NCBI GenBank assembly: GCA_000320545.1 | Contig: ADNK01002954.1 | Coordinates: 1 to 40,930 of the forward strand | DNA from: Bigelowiella natans CCMP2755 | Lineage: Eukaryota > Protista > Cercozoa | DNA length: 40,930 bases | Direction: 5' to 3' | Shown: positions 18,020 through 31,807 of the stretch, piece by piece | How positions within the stretch are numbered: position 1 is the first letter of the stretch | Layout: every line of letters begins with the position of its first letter | Position numbers and translations under genes: made by a program | The notes under the pieces: generated by a model | Database searches by the model: none | What the model was told of the DNA's origin: nothing | Seen by the model: the letters and a program-made list of their open reading frames with translations, nothing else

Positions 18020-18150
18020 TTGCAGCTAGTACAACGATGATGCCACACATCGCTCATGCATGGTACGATGCACAGCACCACGTGTATATGAAACGTTGCG
18101 CACATGTGCGATGTGCGCTATACATGCACGTAAAGCTATGCACGTAAGCA
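18020..18150. other. CATG/TGCA-rich tract between convergent genes
   Basis: catgcatggtacgatgcac, gcacatgtgcgatgtgcgc, catgcacgt...atgcacgt. Confidence 0.55.
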
Positions 18151-18297
18151 TCAAGTATCAAGAGTCCGTGATAACCATATATCTAAAGTATGATGTATTC
18201 ACAAGCACAGACCACGCGTGATCTACTTTTTTTACATGTCATCAGAATCTTTACAATGTGTGTAAAACGAATGTGCACATTTTTGTATTTGTTCCGT

Positions 18298-19271
18298 CTA
18301 TGGACAATAACCAGCTTCTTTGCAAGCAAATTGAGGCTCGTACCTGATCGACAATCGTGAATAGTGATTATTTCTAGAACGACCGTCACCTCTTAAATAA
18401 TTGGTCACTCAAATACATGCGAAAATGTGTCAAAAATACTTGCAAAGCTGCTCGCATAAGTATTCACAGGTGCTTTGCGTCCAGCTCCACCAAGATGAGC
18501 ACTGAAAAGAGAAGTCCTCGTTATGATTTATTTCAAGAAAAGTAAGAACCCTATTTAACCTTCTCAGTGCATTCATGAGTCTTGACATAAGGAAGTAAGG
18601 CTTTGCACATAGAGCACGTGAGTCCTTTAGAAGTGCCATCAACTTCTATAATAAATGTTCATACCACCAAATGCAGCAACGTGAGCAAATCTGAACTCTC
18701 AATCTTATTACTTTCCTCTGCTTCAGATACCGGTGCTGTTCCCGACAGCTTTCCCCCCCCTCATGTGCTCAGCCTAAGACCACACAAACAAGTCTATAAA
18801 TCGAGGAGAAAGATGAAGAATGTATTGACATTTTTACAGCGAAATAAATTCAGCTGTATTGGGCTGCCACCACCTTAACAGGAAGGCAGAAATCTCCTAC
18901 CGTCACACATTTCCTTCTCATGGGGCAACACACCTAAGATCAAATCAACAAAAGTTTTGTGAACAGAACCTTAGCGACGAATCCTATTTAGTACCTCAAT
19001 ATCATCGACGCAATCGGTGTCCTTCTCACAGCTCATGTCCGTAATGGTGAGGCACATGCGATTGTGCTCGCAGCAGACCTGGCTCTCACCGCACTGCCGA
19101 GCTTTGCGGCTCTGCTTCTAAGGAATGATGTTGGGGCATATTCTCAAAGCGTATAAACCCATCTTGGGGCATATTCTCAAAGCGTATAAACCCATCATAC
19201 TTGCAATTACATACCGCTTCAGCGGTGAAGATCGCGGCCAGAATAGCAATGGACAGCAAGCAAGCTCTCAT
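18298..19271 (-). CDS. Secreted Cys-rich protein (158 aa) with C-terminal saposin-like domain
   Basis: Seven GT-AG exons, all phase-consistent, 477 nt in total: 19271-19215, 19117-18995, 18933-18874, 18773-18731, 18645-18560, 18501-18440, 18343-18298. Product: MRACLLSIAILAAIFTAEA KQSRKARQCGESQVCCEHNRMCLTITDMSCEKDTDCVDDIEVCCPMRRKCVTVGDFCLPVK AEHMRGGKAVGNSTEVDGTSKG LTCSMCKALLPYVKTHECTEKCSSWWSWTQSTCEYLCEQLCKYEPQFACKEAGYCP*. Confidence 0.8.
19131..19196. repeat. Perfect 2 x 33-bp tandem duplication in intron 1 of the saposin-like gene
   Basis: ttggggcatattctcaaagcgtataaacccatc at 19131-19163 and 19164-19196. Confidence 0.95.
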
Positions 19272-19468
19272 GGATAGTGCCGAATAATCAGGGTCGGGTT
19301 CTAGATGGAAGTTACAAAGGAGATGGAAACTACTCGTATTCGTACGAGGAGGAGCATAGAGCAATGGCAATATATTCTTAGTCGCACGGGGTAATTTCCC
19401 CTGTATTATTGTTATCATTAATACTGTCGTTATTAGGCCCATCACCACCCCCACGGATTTCCAAATGT

Positions 19469-19668
19469 AGAAGAGAAGTTGTTGGGACAGATGATGTTCG
19501 AAATGTGTCCGAAGATTTATCTGTCTCTTAAAGAAATCCGAAGGTGTCCGAAATGGAGAAGAAGTTGTTGGGACATGTTGTGTCCGAAATATGTCCGAAG
19601 ATTACCATGGATTATTTGTCTCATAGAAATCCGAAGGTGCCCGAACATGTCCGATTTCCGATTTCCAC
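19469..19668. repeat. Imperfect ~88-bp tandem duplication rich in TCCGAA, in a divergent promoter
   Basis: Two units starting gaagttgttgggaca, each containing tgtccgaagatt and gaaatccgaaggtg, followed by tccgatttccgatttcc. Confidence 0.85.
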
Positions 19669-19670
19669 CC

Positions 19671-20456
19671 ATGACGATGATGACCTGTCTGTCTTCTTCA
19701 GATACCCCAAAGGCCGATAGGTACTGGTAGTTAGTGGTTACATTGTGGTATATTATGGCCTTGTTTTTTGTTCTGCGACAATGAAAAAACCCTTGACGTA
19801 CTTATTCTGCTGCTGCTGAGAATCGGGTGCCTCGTGGTGCCGAAAGCGAGATGGCTCCCGGCACCGATGCCAAGCTGTACCCTATCCAGCAAACCGAATG
19901 GGTAAACTGGGGCCATCACCAAAAACAGAAAGGGCGAGAAATGATCCGTTGGATATCCTTCACTCATTTCATTTCAAATTGTTCGATTCTTTGACGCAGG
20001 AATGGATGCCGCGGCCGCTGAGGCTCGCTGTTGCCTGGGTTACGATCGTCGCCTTCAGCGCTGCGTTCTACTTGGTGCGCGGGATTTTGAAAACAATTTA
20101 GGTGTAACATAAATCGATATTTGCCATAAGAGAATGTTTTCGTATGATCCAAAATAGGTGCCTGCCGCTGTCCTCCTTGCTGCCCTTGAGTTGGCTTGCT
20201 TTGGGTTCTGGGGTGGGATACCCCACGTGCTGGGAATCGTTGTGTTTATCATCGTTCTATCATTCTATCCTAAGGTTGTGAGAAAATTCGGGCTTCTATG
20301 AATGTAACTTAAATATCGGAAGCAGTTCTCCTCCTCATAAATTGTGAGTATTTCTACTTGCGCGCAGCTTTTAAACACTGAGAATTCTGCTTCTCTCCCA
20401 CAGATGACCGAGTGGCCAGAAGCTCGCAGATTTTTCCAATTATGGTATGTACATAG

Positions 20457-20492
<36 letters not shown>

Positions 20493-21983
20493 AGTGTAAA
20501 TGGAATCCTACAGTACAATTTGGTCTCTTCTTTCATTCCTTCTTTCCTTCGCTTTCTCAATCTCGAAAGGTACGAGCCATTTCAGTTCTGCTGCAATCTG
20601 AGCCCCGAAGGTACTGACTAACAGTTAACCACCCCACACATATGTATTGAATAGTAATGATACACATTTGTTGAAGCAGTGAAATAAAGGAAGGTGTAAG
20701 ATGCACGATCAATTTTGCTGCAACAACTCGGATAAACCCACCTTCTCGCTTGTTCTCTCGAGCCATCTTTTTCACCAATAAATGGCACCCGCTTCCTCCA
20801 AAGTAATGGCAGTTTTCTAACTAAATGATCGTTGCATTATAGTGTGCAAAGAATTGGCAGCTAAGGCAAAGCCAGGGAAAGGCCGCTATATGATCGCAAT
20901 GCATCCTCATGGAATCGTGCCCTTACATGCCTGCCTCTGGGTAGCTATCTTTCACATTCATTACAATTTTATAACAAGTTAATCTTTATTCTTTTGATTT
21001 CATTTTTTGTGCCACACTCGGCCTTTTCACCCCATCGATTGTTGCTCAGAAACAAAAGACTATTGTCAGAATCTCTGTTTCGCCACGCACGCACATATAT
21101 ACAGGCAAATGCATTCAATAAAGATTCGACATGATATATTTTTTCTCTCCCCCCTTCTCCCCTCCTCCTTCAACTTTTTGGCTCTTATCTTTCCAAGGCC
21201 GCATTCTGTGATCAGTATTTAGGGCCTGAAGTGTACGGATTTGGAGCTATTGCGTCTGTGGTGAAACGAATGCCAATCATTCGACAAGTTGTTGGGTAAT
21301 AGTAGCAGCTACAGTAGTGGTTTAGAATGCCAATCATTCCACAGGTTGTTGGGTTAAGTAGCAGTATGTAGCGAAACGAATGGCATACATTCGACAAGTT
21401 GTTGTTGTAATAGCAGCAGCAGCAGCAGCAGCGGCAGTTTCGTATGTAATAGCGTTGATAGTGGAGAGTAACTCTCTCACTCGATGTTCATCTCTTCCCA
21501 AGCTGAAAGAAACAGCAATAATTATCAGGTGGCTTACATGCGTGCCGGCCGATTACAACACCATTCGAGACGGTGAAGTATTTGAAGTCGTCGTGAAAAA
21601 ATCTGCCTTCACATATTTGTTGATATGGATCCTCTGGCTCGTATCTCCTCCTCCTCCTCCTCCTCCTCCTCCTCCTCCTCCTCCTTTCCTCATGCTGCTG
21701 TGACTGGTGTAGGGTTTCTCGGTGACTGCCCTCCTGCTAATCGAGCTGGAAGGAAACCCCAGAATCTTTACATCCTCCCTGGGGTAAGTCCGAGGAGACA
21801 AACAAATGTGTGCATGCGTCATCAATTCAGCTTACTAGCTAGCGCGTAAGAGGAGCAGAATGGTGCGGGGAAAGTAGTGAATGATAGTACAGACAACAAC
21901 ACGGCACGTGCTCCCACGCCAAGAACACCATAATACCTAACAAATAAAGTAAGAGGTCTCTCAGGCGATGCTTACTAGCACAC

Positions 21984-22029
<46 letters not shown>

Positions 22030-23022
22030 ATGCTGCAAACCCTGCACACCCACCTTCCTTATTATGTAGGGCATCGCCGAAGTATTCACAGCCTCTCCTG
22101 GGCGCGACATTATTATATGTAAAACTAGAACGGGCCTCTTTCGGCTATCCCTGGTTGTTAGTAACTTGCCGCCGTTGATGCTATCATCATCATCAACAAC
22201 AACAACAATGTTATGCGAATGCCACTGCATTTGAAATCTTCGCCCCGTAATATAAGAAGAAGAAGTAGAATAAGAAGAATTGAAATGAGAGGTATTTCTG
22301 CACAAGCGTCGCCGATGGCCCTGTTGGGTGCATCGCGACAAGATACCGCGATATCATTGTGGAGAGAGTGTCAGATCGTTCCCAAGATCACACACACACA
22401 CACACACACTCTGCCTGCATATCATAGGAATGTAAAGCTCAAATCCTACCTGTGTACGTCTTCGGAGCGAACGATTTCTTCTACAATTTGGTCAATGTAT
22501 CTGAAAATGCCAACGGATCGTCATCGAATGGTGGCGGTGGAGGCGGGGGCGGACTCCTGAGTAAGTGCCAACTGTCAGCGCTGTACATTAGGATCCTCCT
22601 CCTCAGCATCAAACATCACCACCATCTTCATCATCATCAACAATAACCACAACTTGCTGATATCATGCCAGCAATCTCGAGCTGCGATTGATCTCCCGTC
22701 TGCTAGTGCTTTCTAGACATCATCTAAAGGCCTGATTGTTGATTTCCCCCCCTACTATGTTTCGCTTGCTTACCTAGGTTTTGCCTCGCGACGGCTGAGA
22801 GCCACCATTACGTTGTTCTGGGGACGCTTTGGACTTCCGATACCATATGCTCCCCGAGTGTGTATGGTAATTGGCAAGCCACTGGAGATCCCATCTAATG
22901 AGAATTGGGGAGACTCAGAAATCGAACATCTGAGGAGTGCCTACATCGATGAAATGAAGCTGATCTTCAACAAATACAAAGCAGCTGCGGGGCGACCGAA
23001 TGCAAATCTTGAAGTGAGATAA
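19671..23022 (+). CDS. DGAT2: Diacylglycerol/monoacylglycerol acyltransferase, DGAT2 (DAGAT) family
   Basis: Spliced exons give N-terminal TM helices, the YMIAMHPHGIVP motif, LYILPGGIAEVF, RTGLFRLSL, ILPVYVFGAND and FWGRFGLPIPYAPRVCMVIGKPL...YIDEMKLIFNKYK. The start codon is inferred. Confidence 0.9.
21263..21420 (+). repeat. Three imperfect copies of an exon-end/5' splice-site segment
   Basis: gaatgccaatcattcgacaagttgttgggtaatagtagcag is repeated with variation at about 21325 and 21373. Confidence 0.85.
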
Positions 23023-23189
23023 GAACGGCGATCGTGAGTCGCACGTTAGTCACAAACCATAGTATATCACGGTACGGATGTAATGAATAAATTAATTTTT
23101 TTCAATGGCCATCCTAATGTAGCTATGCAAAGCAGCGGCTATAACGCTTAAATTATGTTTGTTGGCTTCTGTTGTGATTTTGTGATGTC

Positions 23190-23680
23190 TTTTATGCATG
23201 AAAATGTAGAGCGGCATGCATGTCATGCGTGCTGCATCCGCGCTGCTGCGTGCCGACTCTTTACCCTTGACAGTCGTATGATTCGTTGTCTCGATCATCT
23301 CTGCATGATGTACAGTTAGCTACTGATTGCCGAGTCTTTTTTGTTGGTGAGCATGCGCCGGGCAGCTCCACGGTCGGTGCTGTCTATATTATAACATATG
23401 CTTGATATGCATGGCCCATGTAGCCCATGGTGTTGCACCTATGCATGCGCTACAAATATCATATATACTGTGTCTATAGTCGCTTGTAAATGATCTGATT
23501 TTTTCCAGTCTAGCCCTCACACCCGCAGTGTATAAGTGTGTTCGTTGGTTCTGTATAATAAGCTACGTTCCGGCTTCGCCTGGTCAGTAGAGTTAGCAAT
23601 TTGGCATGCTATTACTAGCATGGATGCATCGCATCAGGCTGCTATGCTCACACATTTTCTTAACATGTCATGCATTTGTT
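23190..23680. other. GCATGC-rich tract between convergent DGAT2 and dehydrogenase genes
   Basis: ggcatgcatgtcatgcg, gagcatgcgc, atgcatgcgc, ggcatgctattactagcatggatgcatcgcatc. Confidence 0.55.
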
Positions 23681-23872
23681 CAAATGTGGCCCACGGCTTT
23701 GCAAACCTTATGCTCAGTGTATGTGTGTGTGTGTTGTGCACCGCTGCCGCAAGTGTAACGTACAAAGCATCGATACGATGTGGCCATGTTTAATTCAAAC
23801 ATACACGTGCGCCTTTACAATACGGTCTTTGCCACTGTGCATGTTTATCCTTCCATCATTACCGTAATTCAT

Positions 23873-25369
23873 TCAAAGTTTAGCCCTGGAAACTACTGGA
23901 CCTTTTTTGCAGGCAGCTGCGGCCTCATCTCCACCAGCAGGTTGTTTCATTACGAATATCTTGTGAGGATTCATAATCAGATCAGGGTCGAGAGCTTTCT
24001 TGATACGGCGCTGTAAGTTTATATGTTCCTCTCCATGCTCTAGGCAGATATGCTGTCGCTTGCCGATTCCAACGCCGTGCTCCCCTGACACCGCACCACC
24101 AAGTCTCACCGCTCGGGCGATCATCCGATGCTCTGCGTCCTTTACTTTCGCCTTTTCGTGAGGCTTGAAGGGGACTAGGCAGTGGAAGTTCCCGTCGGCG
24201 ATGTGCGCGCAAATGAGACAAGGGAGGTCCATCTTCAAGAAATCTGACTCCGTTTCTGCTACACACTCCGCAAGATTCGAGATGGGAACGCACACGTCGG
24301 TTAGGTAGACCTTATCCATTGTAGTTGATTTTTTGGTTAGCTTACGGTACTTGATCGCAGTAAAATAGCACCCTCGACGAGCTCCCCAGAGCTTATCGAT
24401 CCCCTTAGCGTCTTCCGAGTACTGAGGCTCCTTAGCAGCTCCAAAACGGCGCAGCAGAGCACATATCCTCTTCCACTGCGAGCGTATCAAGCCCATGTTA
24501 TTCGCCTGGAACTCGAGGAAGAGCGTTGGCTCGGCAGAGAGCGCAGTGTCGAATGCAGCATTTGTGCCGTCGATCATCATTGAGTTTAATAACTCACAAC
24601 GCACTAGTGACGATCGATCGGACTTGAGGATTGCTACAACAGCCTCAGCAGCCTGCCGCAGGGACGGGAAAACGCTCACAACGCCAGCCTTACACTTCTG
24701 AAATGGGAAAACCCGGACAGTGATTTCGGTCACGACGCCGAGGGTCCCCTCCGCACCTATATAGAGCTGGGTGAGCTCATACCCAGTGGAGGCCTTCCGA
24801 ACCTTTTGGCGAGTGCGGATGATCTGCCCCTGGGGCGTCACCACCAACAATGAGACGACGTTCTCTCGGGTTGTTCCGTACCGCATCGTGGAGAGGCCCG
24901 ACCCCGAAGTTGACACCATCCCCCCCACGGAGGGATTTGAGGCGGGATCAGGCCCGAAGATGAGGCCCTTGCGCCTGAGCTCCGCATTGAGCTCATTCTT
25001 AAACACGCCGGCGCCAACATCGGCATACATATTCGTTACATCGACTCGGATCTTCCTCAGATTTTCCGTCGATAGGACGAGACCTCCTTCCAGGGGAATC
25101 GCCCCACCCTCCACACCTGATCCAGCCCCTCTGGTAGTGACAGGAATCTTGAACTTGGTGCACACCTTGAGGATGTTCGCTACCTCCTCCGTGCTCTTGG
25201 GCAGAACAGCAATACGGGGGACTTTCCCGGGGTAGATCGAGCGATCCTTCGCATACTGCTCGAGGTCATTGGTAATGAGGCACTCCAAAGGCGAATCAAG
25301 TTGCTCACGGAGCTCCTTAATCACCTCAGGGGTCACCTCCCCATAACTCTTCAGCTCGGCTACTGACAT
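23873..25369 (-). CDS. FAD-linked D-2-hydroxyacid (D-lactate/glycolate) dehydrogenase, FAD_binding_4/FAD-oxidase_C family; intronless; C-terminal PTS1-like AKL
   Basis: 498-aa uninterrupted ORF with RGAGSGVEGG, GPDPASNPSVGGM, MRYGTTRENV, GYELTQLYIGAEGTLGVVTE, TDVCVP, AHIADGNFH, SGEHGVGIGK and LDPDLIMNP; ends SRAKL. Confidence 0.92.
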   Translation of the reverse strand: MSVAELKSYGEVTPEVIKELREQLDSPLECLITNDLEQYAKDRSIYPGKVPRIAVLPKSTEEVANILKVCTKFKIPVTTRGAGSGVEGGAIPLEGGLVLSTENLRKIRVDVTNMYADVGAGVFKNELNAELRRKGLIFGPDPASNPSVGGMVSTSGSGLSTMRYGTTRENVVSLLVVTPQGQIIRTRQKVRKASTGYELTQLYIGAEGTLGVVTEITVRVFPFQKCKAGVVSVFPSLRQAAEAVVAILKSDRSSLVRCELLNSMMIDGTNAAFDTALSAEPTLFLEFQANNMGLIRSQWKRICALLRRFGAAKEPQYSEDAKGIDKLWGARRGCYFTAIKYRKLTKKSTTMDKVYLTDVCVPISNLAECVAETESDFLKMDLPCLICAHIADGNFHCLVPFKPHEKAKVKDAEHRMIARAVRLGGAVSGEHGVGIGKRQHICLEHGEEHINLQRRIKKALDPDLIMNPHKIFVMKQPAGGDEAAAACKKGPVVSRAKL

Positions 25370-25637
25370 GGGCAGGGCAGCAGCCTCGAAATGATGGAAT
25401 CTGACAGAGTGCCTACTATGTGTCGGAAAATAGACTTTTTTTTTGGGTAGTACTGCCGATTAAAATGTGTACAGGTACTTGGGGAAGAAGAGGGACGGAT
25501 TGCTGTGATTTTTTAGTCGCCCTCGTTAGCGAATATATATATATATCTTAGTAGTTCATGGGATTAAATTATGACCAAGTTTTGCTTCTTGCGTTTACTG
25601 CGATCACTTGCAGCAGCGGCACAGCGAACGGGCAAGC

Positions 25638-29239
<3,602 letters not shown>

Positions 29240-29314
29240 TGCTTGATGAAGTGGTGTTCATGTGTCAATGTGCCCATTGTACACCGATTTTTACGAGCCT
29301 CGATGAGCTGTTTA

Positions 29315-29440
29315 TTGCGACCGCGCAGCGAGTGCCATGGAGTCGTAAGAACATGCTTCGCGAGCGGCCAGCAATATTTCTGCGCGCGTCATGCTGTGCG
29401 TGCATGCGCAATTTTTTTTTCTCATGTACATGCGAGAGAT
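29315..29440. other. GCATGC/GCGC-rich tract between convergent TrmO and CSD genes
   Basis: tgcgcgcgtcatgctgtgcgtgcatgcgca, catgtacatgcg. Confidence 0.5.
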
Positions 29441-29945
29441 TAAGATACTCATCTGCTACTATCATTCGTTTACACATGGCCATACCATCGGTTGAAATGG
29501 TGGAAGCAAAAGGGGTAAAATGGGCTCAATCGCTTTGTTGTTACACACTGTTTGCCACCTGTGCTCTGCTTCGAGGGCATCATGTTCTTCAGCTGCAGCG
29601 ATTACATGTAGCCCATTTGTTTTGCACGACTCGCATGTCTTTGGCGGTAATCATTTCCACTAAACTTTTCGTTGAAACATGCACGCTCTTCCTTTCTAGT
29701 GCGGTGTTAGCGTTATTATCGCACTCATCTATTTTGAAGGACTTACATTCATATTTTCTGAACATGTTTTCAAATTTAAAATATGTCTATGGATCGATTT
29801 TCTTACGACACATCTTTATTAATTGTTTCAATTTTAGCCGAGCTTTCATGTACACCTATGACCTCTATTTATTTATTTTCAATTATTTAGCTGGTCTTAC
29901 TCATTTCAGAGCGGCGATGCTGCTGCGCACCTGCAATATTATTAA

Positions 29946-31403
29946 TTACCAAAGGCTTTTTCTGCTGGTTTTTTCACTGCATACACCTCCAGGTTGCCTC
30001 TGAACATTGCAGATGTGAAGGGCTTTTACTAATCCCCGGCTATGAATGTAGGAGACTTGCACGGTTTCACCTTTGACTGGATGCATGATTTGACAACAAT
30101 TTCTTTCGAAGTAAACATCCTTCTCCTCTGCCTTAACGGTGATAAATCCATAATCAGGCCCAACACTCTTGACTTTTCCGATCTTGGTGAGAATCTTTTG
30201 CATCCTTTGGATTCTACAAAATTCTTTTTGAGCCCTTCCGTACTCCACCCTGACAAAGTCTCCGACGACTGGATTTTCGTAGTCGCACTTATCCGTTGAG
30301 CAACATGCGAGCTCTTTGTCTGAAACACCGTCGCCTTTGAAAAGAACAACTGCGATAACGCCGCTCTGCACCTTCTTTATTCTTCCGACAACTACCTGCA
30401 AGGCATCATTCCCCGCACATCTTGCAGGTGATCGGTTCGGCGATGATCGCGAATTTTTTGCACTGCGGGGAGAGATGCTAGAATGGCGGGTCTTACGTGG
30501 AGAGACGCTGGTACGACGTCTTTGACAAGAGGTTCTACTGACTGACACAGCTGACAATCTTCCCTGCGAAACGATCTTAGCTTGTAAGCTCACTACATCG
30601 AGAAGCTTTGCATCCGGAATCATGTGAATCTTGTAGTAGATGGCAACATCCGCCATGATTGTCCCATAACCATGTGGGTTTATGGAATCGATCACCCCTT
30701 CTGAATATGATTTGCCTTGGAGACGCTCTTCTTTCAACGCCACGATATGCTCAGTATACAGTTTGCCGTGAGAATCAATGTTGAAGTCGATGTGCACCAC
30801 CATACCAGCTGTGAGCCTGGATTTAGCTGGGCGCAGATCGACAGATCTAAGATCAAAACCTACGGGGATCTCGGCTACGATAAAACCGAAATCCTTGGGA
30901 GGCTCTGAGATCCTGGAAATTCGCCCTTTTGTGTTGATGCAATGTGAGGCCCCTTCGAGTTGATCAACCACAGTGCTCGAAACGAATTGGACTGCATCAT
31001 GTTTGAATCCAGCGGAAAGTTTTTCTTTAGCGCTGCTTTGGACTACAGAAGCAAACTTAGGATCTCTCCTCACATCACAGGCTTTGTAGTCACGATATTT
31101 CCCTTTTGAATACTTGTGGTAACGAACGATTACAGCGTCACCAAGACCCAGTGATTGGTCATGTTGAATGTGTCCCAGGAGGAAGTAAACGTTTATTTGT
31201 TTGCCGATATCAATCTCACCGCCCTTTTCCCCTGTAATCTTTATGGTTCCCTGTGCGGTGTAATAATTTTCGGACTTTGTCCAACCTTTGACTAGGTACG
31301 GAGGATACCGACATAGTTCTGGGGTCTTGGACTCCCGTTGCATTTCTTGGTTGGGCTCAGGATGCTGTGCCCCACTTGAAAAATACTTTGCGAAATTGTT
31401 CAT
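29946..31403 (-). CDS. Intronless protein with about five tandem cold-shock/OB-fold domains and an RS/SP-rich linker
   Basis: Repeats GTIKITGEKGGEI...VYF, KGRISRISEPPKDFGFI, EGVIDSINPHGYGTI, VGRIKKVQSG...VGDFVRVEY and IGKVKSVGPDYGFITVKAEEKDVYF...KGETVQVSY. Linker RRRTSVSPRKTRHSSISPRSAKNSRSSPNRSPAR. First ATG at 31403 (the ORF-track start is TTG). Confidence 0.75.
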   Translation of the reverse strand: MNNFAKYFSSGAQHPEPNQEMQRESKTPELCRYPPYLVKGWTKSENYYTAQGTIKITGEKGGEIDIGKQINVYFLLGHIQHDQSLGLGDAVIVRYHKYSKGKYRDYKACDVRRDPKFASVVQSSAKEKLSAGFKHDAVQFVSSTVVDQLEGASHCINTKGRISRISEPPKDFGFIVAEIPVGFDLRSVDLRPAKSRLTAGMVVHIDFNIDSHGKLYTEHIVALKEERLQGKSYSEGVIDSINPHGYGTIMADVAIYYKIHMIPDAKLLDVVSLQAKIVSQGRLSAVSVSRTSCQRRRTSVSPRKTRHSSISPRSAKNSRSSPNRSPARCAGNDALQVVVGRIKKVQSGVIAVVLFKGDGVSDKELACCSTDKCDYENPVVGDFVRVEYGRAQKEFCRIQRMQKILTKIGKVKSVGPDYGFITVKAEEKDVYFERNCCQIMHPVKGETVQVSYIHSRGLVKALHICNVQRQPGGVCSEKTSRKSLW

Positions 31404-31529
31404 GCTGTTTTGTAGTTGGTAGGATTCTTTAGGTTGTTGGATTGTGATAGAAATCAGATCCTTCGCTCGCTGCGGCAACTGCTTGTCTTTTTCCTATCTC
31501 CTCCGCACCGATCTATCTCAAGAGGATCA

Positions 31530-31630
31530 GAGCCGAGGGCCGGGAAAATCCCGGAAAATTCCTGGAAATCGCTTAAAATGAGAGCCCCTGGTGGGAAATC
31601 TCAAGAAATAATAGGAAATCGTCTAAAATA
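31530..31630. promoter_or_regulatory. Cluster of GGAAA(A)T motifs in a divergent promoter
   Basis: cgggaaaatc ccggaaaatt cctggaaatc ... gggaaatc ... aggaaatc within about 90 bp. Confidence 0.5.
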
Positions 31631-31807
31631 GGCCTGTGGATACGTTAACATTCCGGTGTTTCCTTCGATGGCCAACCAGCTGAGGGGGTTTTTCAGCTGC
31701 GACATACTCAAACTTGCGTTCTTCCGTCACACACAGGAAACATCATGTGAGACGAACTTCCATAGTGCTGGCTCCCCTTCCCCATGACGACGAAAAGATA
31801 ACATCAA

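Noticed and set aside
18035-18075. ATGA...GA stem as a SECIS element for the TGA at 17299
   Set aside because: Only about 5 bp of helix and no apical AA motif; it sits in the palindrome-rich tract where chance pairing is expected.
19086-19454. Repeated peptide DGFIRFENMPQ as a neuropeptide-like precursor
   Set aside because: The repeat lies inside a GT-AG intron (19214-19118); splicing yields a coherent Cys-rich protein.
19469-19668. CRISPR-like array
   Set aside because: Only two degenerate units with similar 'spacers', no cas genes, and a eukaryotic context.
24771-25235. 154-aa plus-strand ORF
   Set aside because: Antisense shadow of the dehydrogenase CDS.
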